A DNA stretch of 32,000 bases. Origin: Pseudomonas aeruginosa. GTDB taxonomy: Bacteria; Pseudomonadota; Gammaproteobacteria; Pseudomonadales; Pseudomonadaceae. The notes beneath the pieces are model-generated. The model was given only the letters and a program-made list of their open reading frames with translations, was not told where the DNA came from and did no database searches. Numbering within the stretch: position 1 is the first letter of the stretch; each line of letters opens with the position of its first letter. Where the stretch lies: assembly GCF_001457615.1 (NCBI RefSeq), contig NZ_LN831024.1, forward strand, positions 4,620,001 to 4,652,000, in the 5' to 3' direction. A program made the position numbers and the translations under genes. Positions 1 through 7,189 of this stretch are shown piece by piece.

Positions 1-337
1 CATCAACGGCCTGCCGGCGGTGACGCTGGGTAGTATCGGGGCGCACGGCAACGTGGTGATCGGCGGCTCGGGGACGGTACTCATCGGCGACGTCTTCACG
101 CCCGCCCCGCGCGCTCCCGCCCTTCCCCTTAACCGCAACAGCGTGCCCTGTTCCGGGCGCTTCCAGCTCATCGACCACGAAACGGGCAAGCCCGTCGCCG
201 GACGCCGGGTCAGGGTCTGGTCGAGTGGCGGCTGGAATGCGTTCGACACCACGGATGCCGACGGCATGACCTCCTGGATCGAGCGCCCCACCGCGGAGAC
301 CCTCTACATCGACCTGGTGCAGAGGGGCGACGCATGA
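1..337 (+). CDS. 3' end of a PAAR-domain T6SS spike-tip protein with a C-terminal transthyretin-like (TTR) extension; the 5' end lies outside the window
   Basis: Frame 2 is open from the window edge. It reads INGLPAVTLGSIGAHGNVVIGGSGTVLIGD, which fits a terminal PAAR repeat pattern. A Pro/Ala linker follows, then a ~60-aa beta-rich block (FQLIDHETGKPVAGRRVRVWSS...TTDADGMTSW) typical of TTR/carboxypeptidase-regulatory-like domains. The stop at 335-337 overlaps the next ATG (ATGA). Confidence 0.6.
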   Translation, partial: INGLPAVTLGSIGAHGNVVIGGSGTVLIGDVFTPAPRAPALPLNRNSVPCSGRFQLIDHETGKPVAGRRVRVWSSGGWNAFDTTDADGMTSWIERPTAETLYIDLVQRGDA

Positions 338-1035
338 GCGACCAGCCCAGCCTGTCCCGGGGAGGCATGAGCCCCGAAGGCAGGACCAACCCCGTCGGCA
401 CTCTGGAATCCAGGCTCGATCCGCAGGACAAGAAGGTGCTGTGCTCGGCGGTCTGCCATTGCAGCAGCACGCCCAACCTCAGCCAGGATGGCAAAAGCCT
501 CAAGCAGGCGTGCGTGGCACAGCGGCTGGGAGAGTTGGACGAAGTTCTCCAGGGACGCAGCCCCTACAAGCCCGAGGTCAGCTACGACATGACCAAGAAC
601 CCACCGCAGCCGATTCTCTATAGCCAGACCGGTAACAGTCCACATGGCTGGATACCGGGATGGATCAGCAAGTATTGGGATGAAGATCCGGAGCATCCGC
701 CGTTCAAGCCAGGGAAAGGAATGATTCGCAGGCCCGACGTGATCATCGTTCAGAATCCCAACAGGCCGCCAACCCAGGACAATATCAAACAGGTGGTGGA
801 GATGAAGTTTCCGCCTGACCCACATAATAGGGAACAACTTGAGGATTATGCAGCGATTGCCGGCAACAAGAACAAGATTGTTGAAATGAAGCCCTCCGAC
901 TGCGACTGTGGCCAGGAAAATCAACGATCCAAGGTGCCAGTAGAGCAAGTAGGGTGGGCCGCCGCCATCGCAGGTGGGGTGATGTTCGTCTTGACCCGAG
1001 GCCGTTCCCCTCGCCCGATGATTCCCGCCTGTTGA
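334..1035 (+). CDS. Putative T6SS cargo toxin with a PD-(D/E)xK restriction-endonuclease-fold / VRR-NUC-like core and a C-terminal hydrophobic helix
   Basis: 233-aa ORF preceded by the RBS-like AGAGGGG and an ATGA overlap with the PAAR-TTR gene. The motif RRPD(135)VIIV...VVE(156)MK(158)F...Q(168)LEDY fits D...ExK...Q of VRR-NUC nucleases. Residues 206-221 (VGWAAAIAGGVMFVLT) are hydrophobic. GC is visibly lower than in flanking core genes. Confidence 0.6.
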   Translation: MSDQPSLSRGGMSPEGRTNPVGTLESRLDPQDKKVLCSAVCHCSSTPNLSQDGKSLKQACVAQRLGELDEVLQGRSPYKPEVSYDMTKNPPQPILYSQTGNSPHGWIPGWISKYWDEDPEHPPFKPGKGMIRRPDVIIVQNPNRPPTQDNIKQVVEMKFPPDPHNREQLEDYAAIAGNKNKIVEMKPSDCDCGQENQRSKVPVEQVGWAAAIAGGVMFVLTRGRSPRPMIPAC

Positions 1036-1051
1036 TCAAGAGGAAAAGCCC

Positions 1052-2140
1052 ATGGAACAGCCATTCGATCTGGCCGCAGAGTTAGCCAAGCAACCCCATC
1101 TGCTGGAAATAGCCGGCAACCTGTTGATGAAGGGCGGCCCCGAAGACTATATCGGTGCAGTGCTTTGCCTACGCGGCACTCTCTACTTCAAAGAGGCCCA
1201 TACCCCTCTGGTACGAGAGTCATTATGCCAATGCTTCGATGAGTTCAAGCGCCTGGCAGAGCCCCACCTCACCCGGCTCTGGCGTGAAGAGCCTGCACAA
1301 GGAAAGCCACTGACCGCATACCGTGACACCCAACCACTGCGCGAGATGATGGGGGCAATGGATGAAGACGATCATCTCAGCTTCTGCTACACCAGCGGCA
1401 AGAAATCCCGCGATGCAGGCGCCTGGCTGTTTGATATTTACGGCAAGCGGAGCTGGCAAGCCAAAATGGGGCATGATCTTAGTGTTCTGGAGTTCTCCGT
1501 ACCTCTGCTATATCAAGAGCAGCAGCCATTGGATTTCCTACAGCTATTTATCGACTTCGCACGTCGACTAGAGCCTGAGCAGGGGTATGCGGGGCATGCC
1601 TACAATCTCTCGCCGACCAGTTGGGACAATGACGAGCCCTCCGAAGCCTTTATGGCGGCGCGTATGCCGGGTTTGGATGTAGGGACGGCTTGTCTGTTGG
1701 CCAATACTCCCGAGTTCAAACCTACAAGAATCAAAACTGTCAGTTGGCTAACCCTCCTGAACAACGAGCGCCTGGCGCTGGCCGGCGGGCTCGATGCCCT
1801 GCGTGCGCAACTGCCCTCCAGCCACTTTGCCTTCTACCGCTACGGCGATGGCGTGGTAATCCAGGCCGGTGCCTATCCCTATATCGCGGGTGATGCGGAA
1901 GACTCCAGGCCCGCTCCGTATGTGCTGCTGAACCACGCGCTCAAAGGCATTCGCTATGAAACCATCGGCTCGCTACACGGCGGCTCACATGACGGCGAAT
2001 TGCGGCTGGTGGGCTGGGCGGCCGATCAATGGCTGAAACGGCTGGATGTGGAAGACAGCGAACTCCCCCGCTGGCGCGACAAATTGCTCAACACTGAGCC
2101 ATGCTTGGACGCGACGAACTCACTGCCGGAGCGCCCGTAG
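1052..2140 (+). CDS. Putative cognate immunity protein (large, cytoplasmic; resembles the DUF3396-type immunity partners of VRR-NUC T6SS toxins)
   Basis: 362-aa ORF starting 16 nt after the toxin stop, with an AGAGGA RBS. It is on the same strand and has the same lowered GC. No signal peptide or TM segment is visible. The assignment rests on position and my recollection of the family, not on a visible catalytic motif. Confidence 0.5.
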   Translation: MEQPFDLAAELAKQPHLLEIAGNLLMKGGPEDYIGAVLCLRGTLYFKEAHTPLVRESLCQCFDEFKRLAEPHLTRLWREEPAQGKPLTAYRDTQPLREMMGAMDEDDHLSFCYTSGKKSRDAGAWLFDIYGKRSWQAKMGHDLSVLEFSVPLLYQEQQPLDFLQLFIDFARRLEPEQGYAGHAYNLSPTSWDNDEPSEAFMAARMPGLDVGTACLLANTPEFKPTRIKTVSWLTLLNNERLALAGGLDALRAQLPSSHFAFYRYGDGVVIQAGAYPYIAGDAEDSRPAPYVLLNHALKGIRYETIGSLHGGSHDGELRLVGWAADQWLKRLDVEDSELPRWRDKLLNTEPCLDATNSLPERP

Positions 2141-2515
2141 GGGCTTACGTTTTCTGGGATCAAAAGTGCTCGCCAAGGCTACACTCCCTATGAGGCGAGC
2201 CTGACAGAAAAAATATCTGCCCCTCACAAGAGTGCTTATAAGCAAGAATTCAACCTATCTAATCGTGCCTTCAATATCACCCAAACAGCATCTATTACTT
2301 ATTATTCAACAACCATCCCTCTTTAATAGATTCGCGACTCGAAACCCAAACTCAAACTTAAAATCTGTCTTCTTTACACCTTACTAAAACTTCTTCAAAC
2401 CCATAAGACCATCTCCATTGGCGTCATTTACTTCTTATCGGCGATATCTAAAACACCTTTAAATTGGAAACAGCTCTAAGGCTTTGAAGTCGAAGAACTG
2501 TCGTAACGAATAGCC
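2141..2515. other. AT-rich (about 35-40% GC by eye) ORF-free block between two convergent 3' ends
   Basis: No ORF of 60 aa or more on any frame. Composition contrasts sharply with the ~66% GC surroundings. It lies between the immunity gene stop (2140) and the antitoxin stop (2516). Confidence 0.7.
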
Positions 2516-2839
2516 TTAGGCGCCCGTCTCTTCGATATCAGCGAAGTTACTGATTTTCACCGCGCCATCCGGGAAGCGTGCAATCACTTCCAGATGGCCG
2601 CCCATGGCTTCGATGTGGCTGCGCAAGGTGGAGATGTACATATCCGTACGCCGCTCCATCTTGGCAATTGCCGGCTGCTGCACCTGCAGCACTTCAGACA
2701 GCATCTTCTGCGACAAGCCTCTAGCCTGGCGCAACTCATTCAGGGGCATTTCAGCCAACAGTTCCTGGGCCTTGGCCTCGACGCGGGCCTGTGCCTCAGG
2801 CGACATTTGCGCCCGAAGGTCGGAGAATTTCTTAGCCAT
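2516..2839 (-). CDS. XRE-family helix-turn-helix antitoxin (HigA-like)
   Basis: 107 aa. The HTH segment LRQARGLSQKMLSEVLQVQQPAIAKMERR is typical of XRE/Cro-type antitoxins. Its ATG overlaps the upstream toxin stop by 8 nt (ATGGCTAA). Confidence 0.85.
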   Translation of the reverse strand: MAKKFSDLRAQMSPEAQARVEAKAQELLAEMPLNELRQARGLSQKMLSEVLQVQQPAIAKMERRTDMYISTLRSHIEAMGGHLEVIARFPDGAVKISNFADIEETGA

Positions 2840-3197
2840 CGATCAGTCCCTCCTCACGGAGCTGGTGCAAGTGTTCGTCATGGAGGCGGTCGGCAATGGG
2901 CACGTTCAATTCGTACCAACGATCATCGCCAGTCTTGTCGCCACCGATCGGCAGTATCGCGGAGCGTCTGGGGTCAAACGCGTAAAGCGTTCGGAAAGGT
3001 CGCCCGCCGTGTTGAGTCCGTAGCTCTCTCATATGGCCAGGGCGGGAGCCATTGATGCCGCTGCTGTGGGGGTGCCCCAAGGATGGCCCCCGCTCCTCAA
3101 GCAAGCGAACCGTCACAGCTAGCGACTCCTGCTCATCCTCGGACAGAGAACCCCACCAATCACCGAACTCGTCGGTGTACTCGATATCCCACGCCAC
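2832..3197 (-). CDS. Type II toxin of the RelE/ParE superfamily (HigB / phage Gp49-like)
   Basis: 121 aa with a GTG start. The pattern HMRELRTQHGGRPFRTLYAFDPRRSAILPIGGDKTGDDRWY matches the Gp49/HigB-type toxin core (ELR..yRvlY.fd....ill.ggdK). The toxin-first gene order is typical of HigBA modules. Confidence 0.8.
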   Translation of the reverse strand: MAWDIEYTDEFGDWWGSLSEDEQESLAVTVRLLEERGPSLGHPHSSGINGSRPGHMRELRTQHGGRPFRTLYAFDPRRSAILPIGGDKTGDDRWYELNVPIADRLHDEHLHQLREEGLIDG

Positions 3198-3213
3198 AAA
3201 ATATAACCCCCAG

Positions 3214-3243
3214 GGAATATTCCATCAAAGGAATCCTACTCAA
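3214..3243 (-). promoter_or_regulatory. Candidate TA promoter/operator: 10-bp palindrome GGAATATTCC plus a related GGAATCC half-site, with a possible TTGAGT-N16-AATATT promoter on the minus strand
   Basis: The palindrome at 3214-3223 lies 17 nt upstream of the GTG start. TTGAGT (reverse complement of 3238-3243) sits at a -35 distance. The hexamers are only moderate matches. Confidence 0.3.
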
Positions 3244-3460
3244 AGAGAGCGCTTCCCGACAACGGACCGAGCGCACGGAGTCCTGAAGACGATCCGGTCC
3301 CAGATGGACGCACCAGGACCCGCGAGGCAGCCTCATTCCGTGTGTCGAAAAAGTGTCGAAATTACTCGCCCATACAGGCCGGCATAGCACAGAGCTTGGC
3401 CCGTCCCCTCCTCTCCAGCCCCAGTCCTGCCCAGCCTTGGCCATTTACCGCCTCCGTCGG

Positions 3461-3772
3461 TTATCGGTGTCTGCGTGCGTATTCCGCCTCGAACAGCGAC
3501 AGCAAGGAGCCGGTGATGCGGCGGTGCTTTCGCCGGTCTTCGGTTTCGTCGAGCAGGTCGAGGACGCTCAGCGTTCCGATCGCCGACTCCAGCCGGCGGC
3601 GGGCGGTGTCGAACAGGTCTTCGCTGGCTGCGCTGCTGTCCAGGTAGAGGGTGGCGCAGCCGGGATGCTGGTTGCATTGCGAGGTGCGTCGCAGGGGGAT
3701 GAAGGTGGAAGGGGACTGTGCGGTGACGGTTTTGCCCGGACAAGGTGCCGCTCCGGCAAGGTGCGAAGCGCT
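3461..3772 (-). pseudogene. Start-less open frame with coding-like composition; possible truncated gene remnant
   Basis: A stop-to-stop minus-strand frame of ~103 codons ending ...DLFDTARRRLESAIGTLSVLDLLDETEDRRKHRRITGSLLSLFEAEYARRHR*. It has high-GC third positions and a helical, protein-like sequence. It has no ATG or GTG, and its only TTG is 11 codons from the stop. Confidence 0.3.
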
Positions 3773-3906
3773 TCACAAAATGCCAAACAGAGGGCGAGCG
3801 CATCCCATCGCCAACACGCAATCGCCTTGAATGGCCGCTTCGATTCCTCGTCATGCGGGGATGCCGTGCCCGGCTCCAGCGCATCGCCACCCACACCGGA
3901 AACCCT

Positions 3907-4179
3907 ATGCCCTACCGCGTTCTCCTGCTCATCCTGGCCCTGACGCCCGCCCTCGCCTCCTCCGCCACCCTGGACGAACGCCTGGGCGACCTTGAACACG
4001 CCTTCAAGCCCGACCTCGACGGGACGACAAGCGCAAAGCCGGCCAGCCCGCCGCCGGAGCGGTTCAAGCTGGCGCCGCTGGGCAGCGTGGTGCGCAAGAA
4101 AGAGTGCGCGACATCGAGCCTACCGGACGAGCAGTCCAGCTGCGCGGCGCTGGAGTTCTGCACGGACTGCGCACAGTAA
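3907..4179 (+). CDS. Small secreted hypothetical protein (90 aa, Sec signal peptide, Cys-rich C-terminus)
   Basis: Internal ATG of the 3745..4179 ORF. MPYRVLLLILALTPALASSATL looks like a signal peptide with an ALA-SS cleavage site. The last 30 residues contain four Cys. The RBS is weak. Confidence 0.45.
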   Translation: MPYRVLLLILALTPALASSATLDERLGDLEHAFKPDLDGTTSAKPASPPPERFKLAPLGSVVRKKECATSSLPDEQSSCAALEFCTDCAQ

Positions 4180-4197
4180 GGTGGAGCGCCGGCAATC

Positions 4198-4623
4198 TCA
4201 CTTGGCGAACAACTGGCCCATGTCGCGGAAGCTCTTGAACTCCAGCGCGTTGCCGCAGGGGTCGAAGAGAAACAGCGTGGCCTGCTCGCCGACCTGGCCC
4301 TTGAAGCGGATGTAGGGCTCGATCACGAAGCGGGTGCCGCGCTGCTGCAGGCGTTCGGCCAGGGCGTGCCAGTCGTCCCATGCGAGGACCACGCCGAAGT
4401 GCGGCACCGGCACGTCGTGGCCGTCCACCGGGTTGCTGCCGACGTGGCGCTGGGAATCGGTCTGCGGATGCTGGTGGATGACCAACTGGTGGCCGAAGAA
4501 GTCGAAGTCGACCCAGTGCTCGGCGGAGCGGCCTTCGCTCAGGCCGAAGACCTCGCCGTAAAAGCGCCGGGCGGCGGGCAGGTCGTGGACGGGGATGGCG
4601 AGGTGGAAGGGCATCAGGCTCAT
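4198..4623 (-). CDS. VOC-family (glyoxalase/bleomycin-resistance/ring-cleaving dioxygenase) protein
   Basis: 141 aa starting from [28 protein letters not shown], a typical VOC N-terminus. The longer 358-aa track ORF is an upstream extension running through the divergent LysR gene. Confidence 0.85.
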   Translation of the reverse strand: MSLMPFHLAIPVHDLPAARRFYGEVFGLSEGRSAEHWVDFDFFGHQLVIHQHPQTDSQRHVGSNPVDGHDVPVPHFGVVLAWDDWHALAERLQQRGTRFVIEPYIRFKGQVGEQATLFLFDPCGNALEFKSFRDMGQLFAK

Positions 4624-4723
4624 GGCGCGGTTCCTCTGTGGGTGTGCCGGGATTATTTGCCCTGCCGATTTCGATGGAAAGCGCATAATATTTCGCCTGA
4701 GCAACACTTTTTTCGAGGCTTGG

Positions 4724-5608
4724 ATGATCCGCGAACTCCGCACCCTGGTCGCCGTGGCGCGCCGGGGCTCCTTCGCCGCGGCGGGGGAACAGGTGGGGCT
4801 GACGCAGTCGGCGGTGAGCGCGCAGATCCGCGCGCTGGAACGCAGCGTCGGCGTCGAGTTGTTCAAGCGCACGCCGCGCGCGGCACACCTGAACGAGGTC
4901 GGGAGGCAGGCGGTGCGTACGGCCGAGCAGATCCTCGCGCTGTTCGACGGCATCGGCCAGGGCGACAGCCCGCGCGGACGCCTGCGCATCGGTGCGGTGA
5001 ACACGGCGCAGACCGGGCTGCTGCCGGAGGTGCTCAAGCGCCTCGCCGAACAGGCGCCACACATCGAGCCGCAGGTGGTGCCGGGCGTCTCGCTGCACCT
5101 GCTGGACCAGGTGGACGCCGCCGAACTGGACCTGGCGATCCTCATCCGCCCGCCGTTCAACCTGCCGCGCGGGCTCTCCGCGCAACGGGTCGAGCGCCAG
5201 CCGTTCGTGCTGATCGCGCCGCCGCAATGCACTGCGACGGATGCGCTGGAATTGCTGCGCACGCAACCGTTCATCCGCTACGACCATGTGTCCTTCGGCG
5301 GTCGCCTGGTGGGCGATTTCCTCGAGGCGCAACAGCTCAGGCCACGCCAGGTAATGGAGCTGGATGAGATCGACGCGATCGCGCGGATGGTGGAGAACGG
5401 CCTCGGCGTGGCGCTGCTGCCCCGGGCCGGGCTGTGGCTACGCGAGCCGGCGCGGGTACGGGTGATCGAACTGGGCGCGCTGGAATTCCAGCGCGAGCTG
5501 GTGATGGTCAGCCGCAGCGGTTCGGCGCAGGACGACCTGGTCGGTGAATTCCGCCGCGCCCTGCTGGCCGAGACGGCGGCTCAGGAGGCCGCGCCGACCA
5601 CCGCGTAG
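4724..5608 (+). CDS. LysR-family transcriptional regulator
   Basis: The start at [39 protein letters not shown] is a canonical LysR wHTH. The gene is divergent from the VOC gene across a 100-bp intergenic region. Confidence 0.9.
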   Translation: MIRELRTLVAVARRGSFAAAGEQVGLTQSAVSAQIRALERSVGVELFKRTPRAAHLNEVGRQAVRTAEQILALFDGIGQGDSPRGRLRIGAVNTAQTGLLPEVLKRLAEQAPHIEPQVVPGVSLHLLDQVDAAELDLAILIRPPFNLPRGLSAQRVERQPFVLIAPPQCTATDALELLRTQPFIRYDHVSFGGRLVGDFLEAQQLRPRQVMELDEIDAIARMVENGLGVALLPRAGLWLREPARVRVIELGALEFQRELVMVSRSGSAQDDLVGEFRRALLAETAAQEAAPTTA

Positions 5609-6534
5609 CGCGGCGCCGGGCGCGCCAGCTCGCCGAGGAAGGTCCACAGGCGTTCGGCCTCGCCGGGTAGCGGCAGGCGGCGACGGATCAGGGTGTAGCG
5701 CAACGGCACGTCGAAGCGCTGGCCGCCGGCGCGCACCAGGCGACGGCTGGCGAGGTCCTCGCGGACCAGGGTATGCGGCAGCCAGGCGACGCCCAGGCGC
5801 GACTGGGCGAAGAAGCGCAGCCCCTCGGTCTGGCTGGAACTGTGATGGCGCTGGAGGAACAGGCCGCTGTCGCGCAGCAGCGGTTCCAGGGCCCAGCCCA
5901 GGTGGCATTCCTCGGAGTAGCCGAGGAACGATAGCGCTTCGGTCTGCAGGCGGTCGAGGTTGAACAGCGGCTGGCCGGCGGCGTCCGGCGCGCAGACCGC
6001 CACCAGTTGTTCGTGGCCAAGCTCCAGGCGCTGGAACTCGGCTTCGCTGTCGATGCCCAGGCGGCGCGACACCGCCTCGCCTTCGTCGAGCAACGCCACC
6101 ACGTAATCCACCGAGCCGTCGCGCAGGCGCGACAGGCATTGCGGCAGGTAATCGCAGTCGACGCTGAACTTGGCGCTGCGGAAGTCCGCCTGCAGGCGCG
6201 GAATCCAGTGCGGGAAGAACACCGAGGAGAGGATGTGCGGGGCGCAGAAACGAATGCGCCGCTGGGCGTCTTCGTCGCGCTCGCGGATCGACTGGCGCAG
6301 GTTGTCCAGGGCGCGCACCGCGTCCTGCGCCACGCCTTGCAACTGGCGGCCGGCCTCGGTCAGTTCGAGGGCGTGCTTGTGGCGCTCGAACACCGGCGCG
6401 CCGAGCCACTGTTCCAGGGTCTGGATACGCCGGCTGAGCCCGGACACGGAGACATGGCACTCCTGCGCCGCACGGCTGAAGCTCTTGATCCGACAGAGGA
6501 CGAGGAAGTCCTTGAGCATCACCAGGTCGATCAT
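5581..6534 (-). CDS. LysR-family transcriptional regulator
   Basis: MIDLVMLKDFLVLCRIKSFSRAAQECHVSVSGLSRRIQTLE is a LysR wHTH. The gene is divergent from the RidA-led cluster. Its 3' end overlaps the convergent LysR gene by 28 nt. Confidence 0.9.
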   Translation of the reverse strand: MIDLVMLKDFLVLCRIKSFSRAAQECHVSVSGLSRRIQTLEQWLGAPVFERHKHALELTEAGRQLQGVAQDAVRALDNLRQSIRERDEDAQRRIRFCAPHILSSVFFPHWIPRLQADFRSAKFSVDCDYLPQCLSRLRDGSVDYVVALLDEGEAVSRRLGIDSEAEFQRLELGHEQLVAVCAPDAAGQPLFNLDRLQTEALSFLGYSEECHLGWALEPLLRDSGLFLQRHHSSSQTEGLRFFAQSRLGVAWLPHTLVREDLASRRLVRAGGQRFDVPLRYTLIRRRLPLPGEAERLWTFLGELARPAPRYAVVGAAS

Positions 6535-6616
6535 CGTTGCGCGTTCCTCAACGGTCGGGCGTTTTCAGTCTACTTCGCGCGGCGGTGCCTGTTGCAAGGC
6601 TAAAGTTCGGTTTGTT

Positions 6617-6631
6617 TTGCCGATTTGGCAA
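6617..6631. promoter_or_regulatory. Candidate LysR box TTGCC-N5-GGCAA
   Basis: The perfect inverted repeat TTGCCGATTTGGCAA lies in the 220-bp divergent region between the LysR gene (start 6534) and the RidA-family gene (start 6755). It fits the T-N11-A architecture. Confidence 0.35.
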
Positions 6632-6754
6632 GCAGCTCGTCGACTCCCGCAAAACAGACCGGGAAAAGCGGCCCACAGTAGTGAGGTCGCGCTTTTCCAG
6701 CCATCGACCCGCCCGAGCATCGTGGCCGGGCGGGTCCGCCACGAGGACAGGACC

Positions 6755-7189
6755 ATGCAGACATCCCCCGCTCCGGCCATCGTCGCCGGCGGCGCCTACC
6801 AGCCGGTGGTGCTCCACGCCGGCATCGCCTACGTCAGCGGCCAGTTGCCACGCCAGCACGGCGAGCTGCGCTGGACCGGCAAGGTCGGCAGCGAACTCGA
6901 CCTGGAACAGGCCCGCCAGGCCGCCCGGCTCTGCGCGGCGCGCTGCCTGCAGGCGCTGGAGGAGGCGCTGGGCGGCCTGCAACGGGTCGAGCGGCTGCTC
7001 AAGGTGACCGGCTACGTCGCCAGCGCGGCGGGTTTCGTCCAGCAGCCGGCGGTGATCGATGCCGCCAGCGAATATTTCGACGAGGTGCTCGGCGCGCGCG
7101 GCGGCCACGCCCGCGCCGCCGTCGGCGTGGCCGAGCTGCCGCGCGGCGCCGCGGTGGAGGTGGAACTGATCGCGGCGGTGCGGCCATGA
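6755..7189 (+). CDS. RidA/YjgF/L-PSP family (reactive enamine/imine deaminase-like) protein
   Basis: 144 aa with IAYVSGQLP and HARAAVGVAELPRGAAVEVELIA motifs, including the conserved Arg of RidA-type members. An RBS GAGGACAGG precedes the ATG. The stop overlaps the next ATG (ATGA). Confidence 0.85.
   Translation: MQTSPAPAIVAGGAYQPVVLHAGIAYVSGQLPRQHGELRWTGKVGSELDLEQARQAARLCAARCLQALEEALGGLQRVERLLKVTGYVASAAGFVQQPAVIDAASEYFDEVLGARGGHARAAVGVAELPRGAAVEVELIAAVRP

Noticed and set aside
3353-3943. 196-aa plus-strand ORF and overlapping 143-187-aa minus-strand ORFs in the 3.3-4.0 kb region.
   Set aside because: Their composition is typical of non-coding frames (Arg/Ser/Gly/Pro runs). The only protein-like frame here is the start-less remnant at 3461-3772 and the small signal-peptide ORF at 3907-4179.
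4624-5274. N-terminal extensions offered by the track for several genes: VOC 4198..5274, RidA 6170..7189, PepSY 18499..20145, helicase 20266..22959, methyltransferase 22973..24604 and prpB 24387..25370.
   Set aside because: The extensions are Arg-rich and run through neighbouring genes or intergenic promoters. Internal ATGs with Shine-Dalgarno sequences coincide with the start of family-typical sequence.
5581-5608. 28-nt overlap of the 3' ends of the two convergent LysR genes, considered as a possible antisense regulatory device.
   Set aside because: Short convergent overlaps are common in compact high-GC genomes, and no extra structure or motif is visible. I note it only as an annotation detail.
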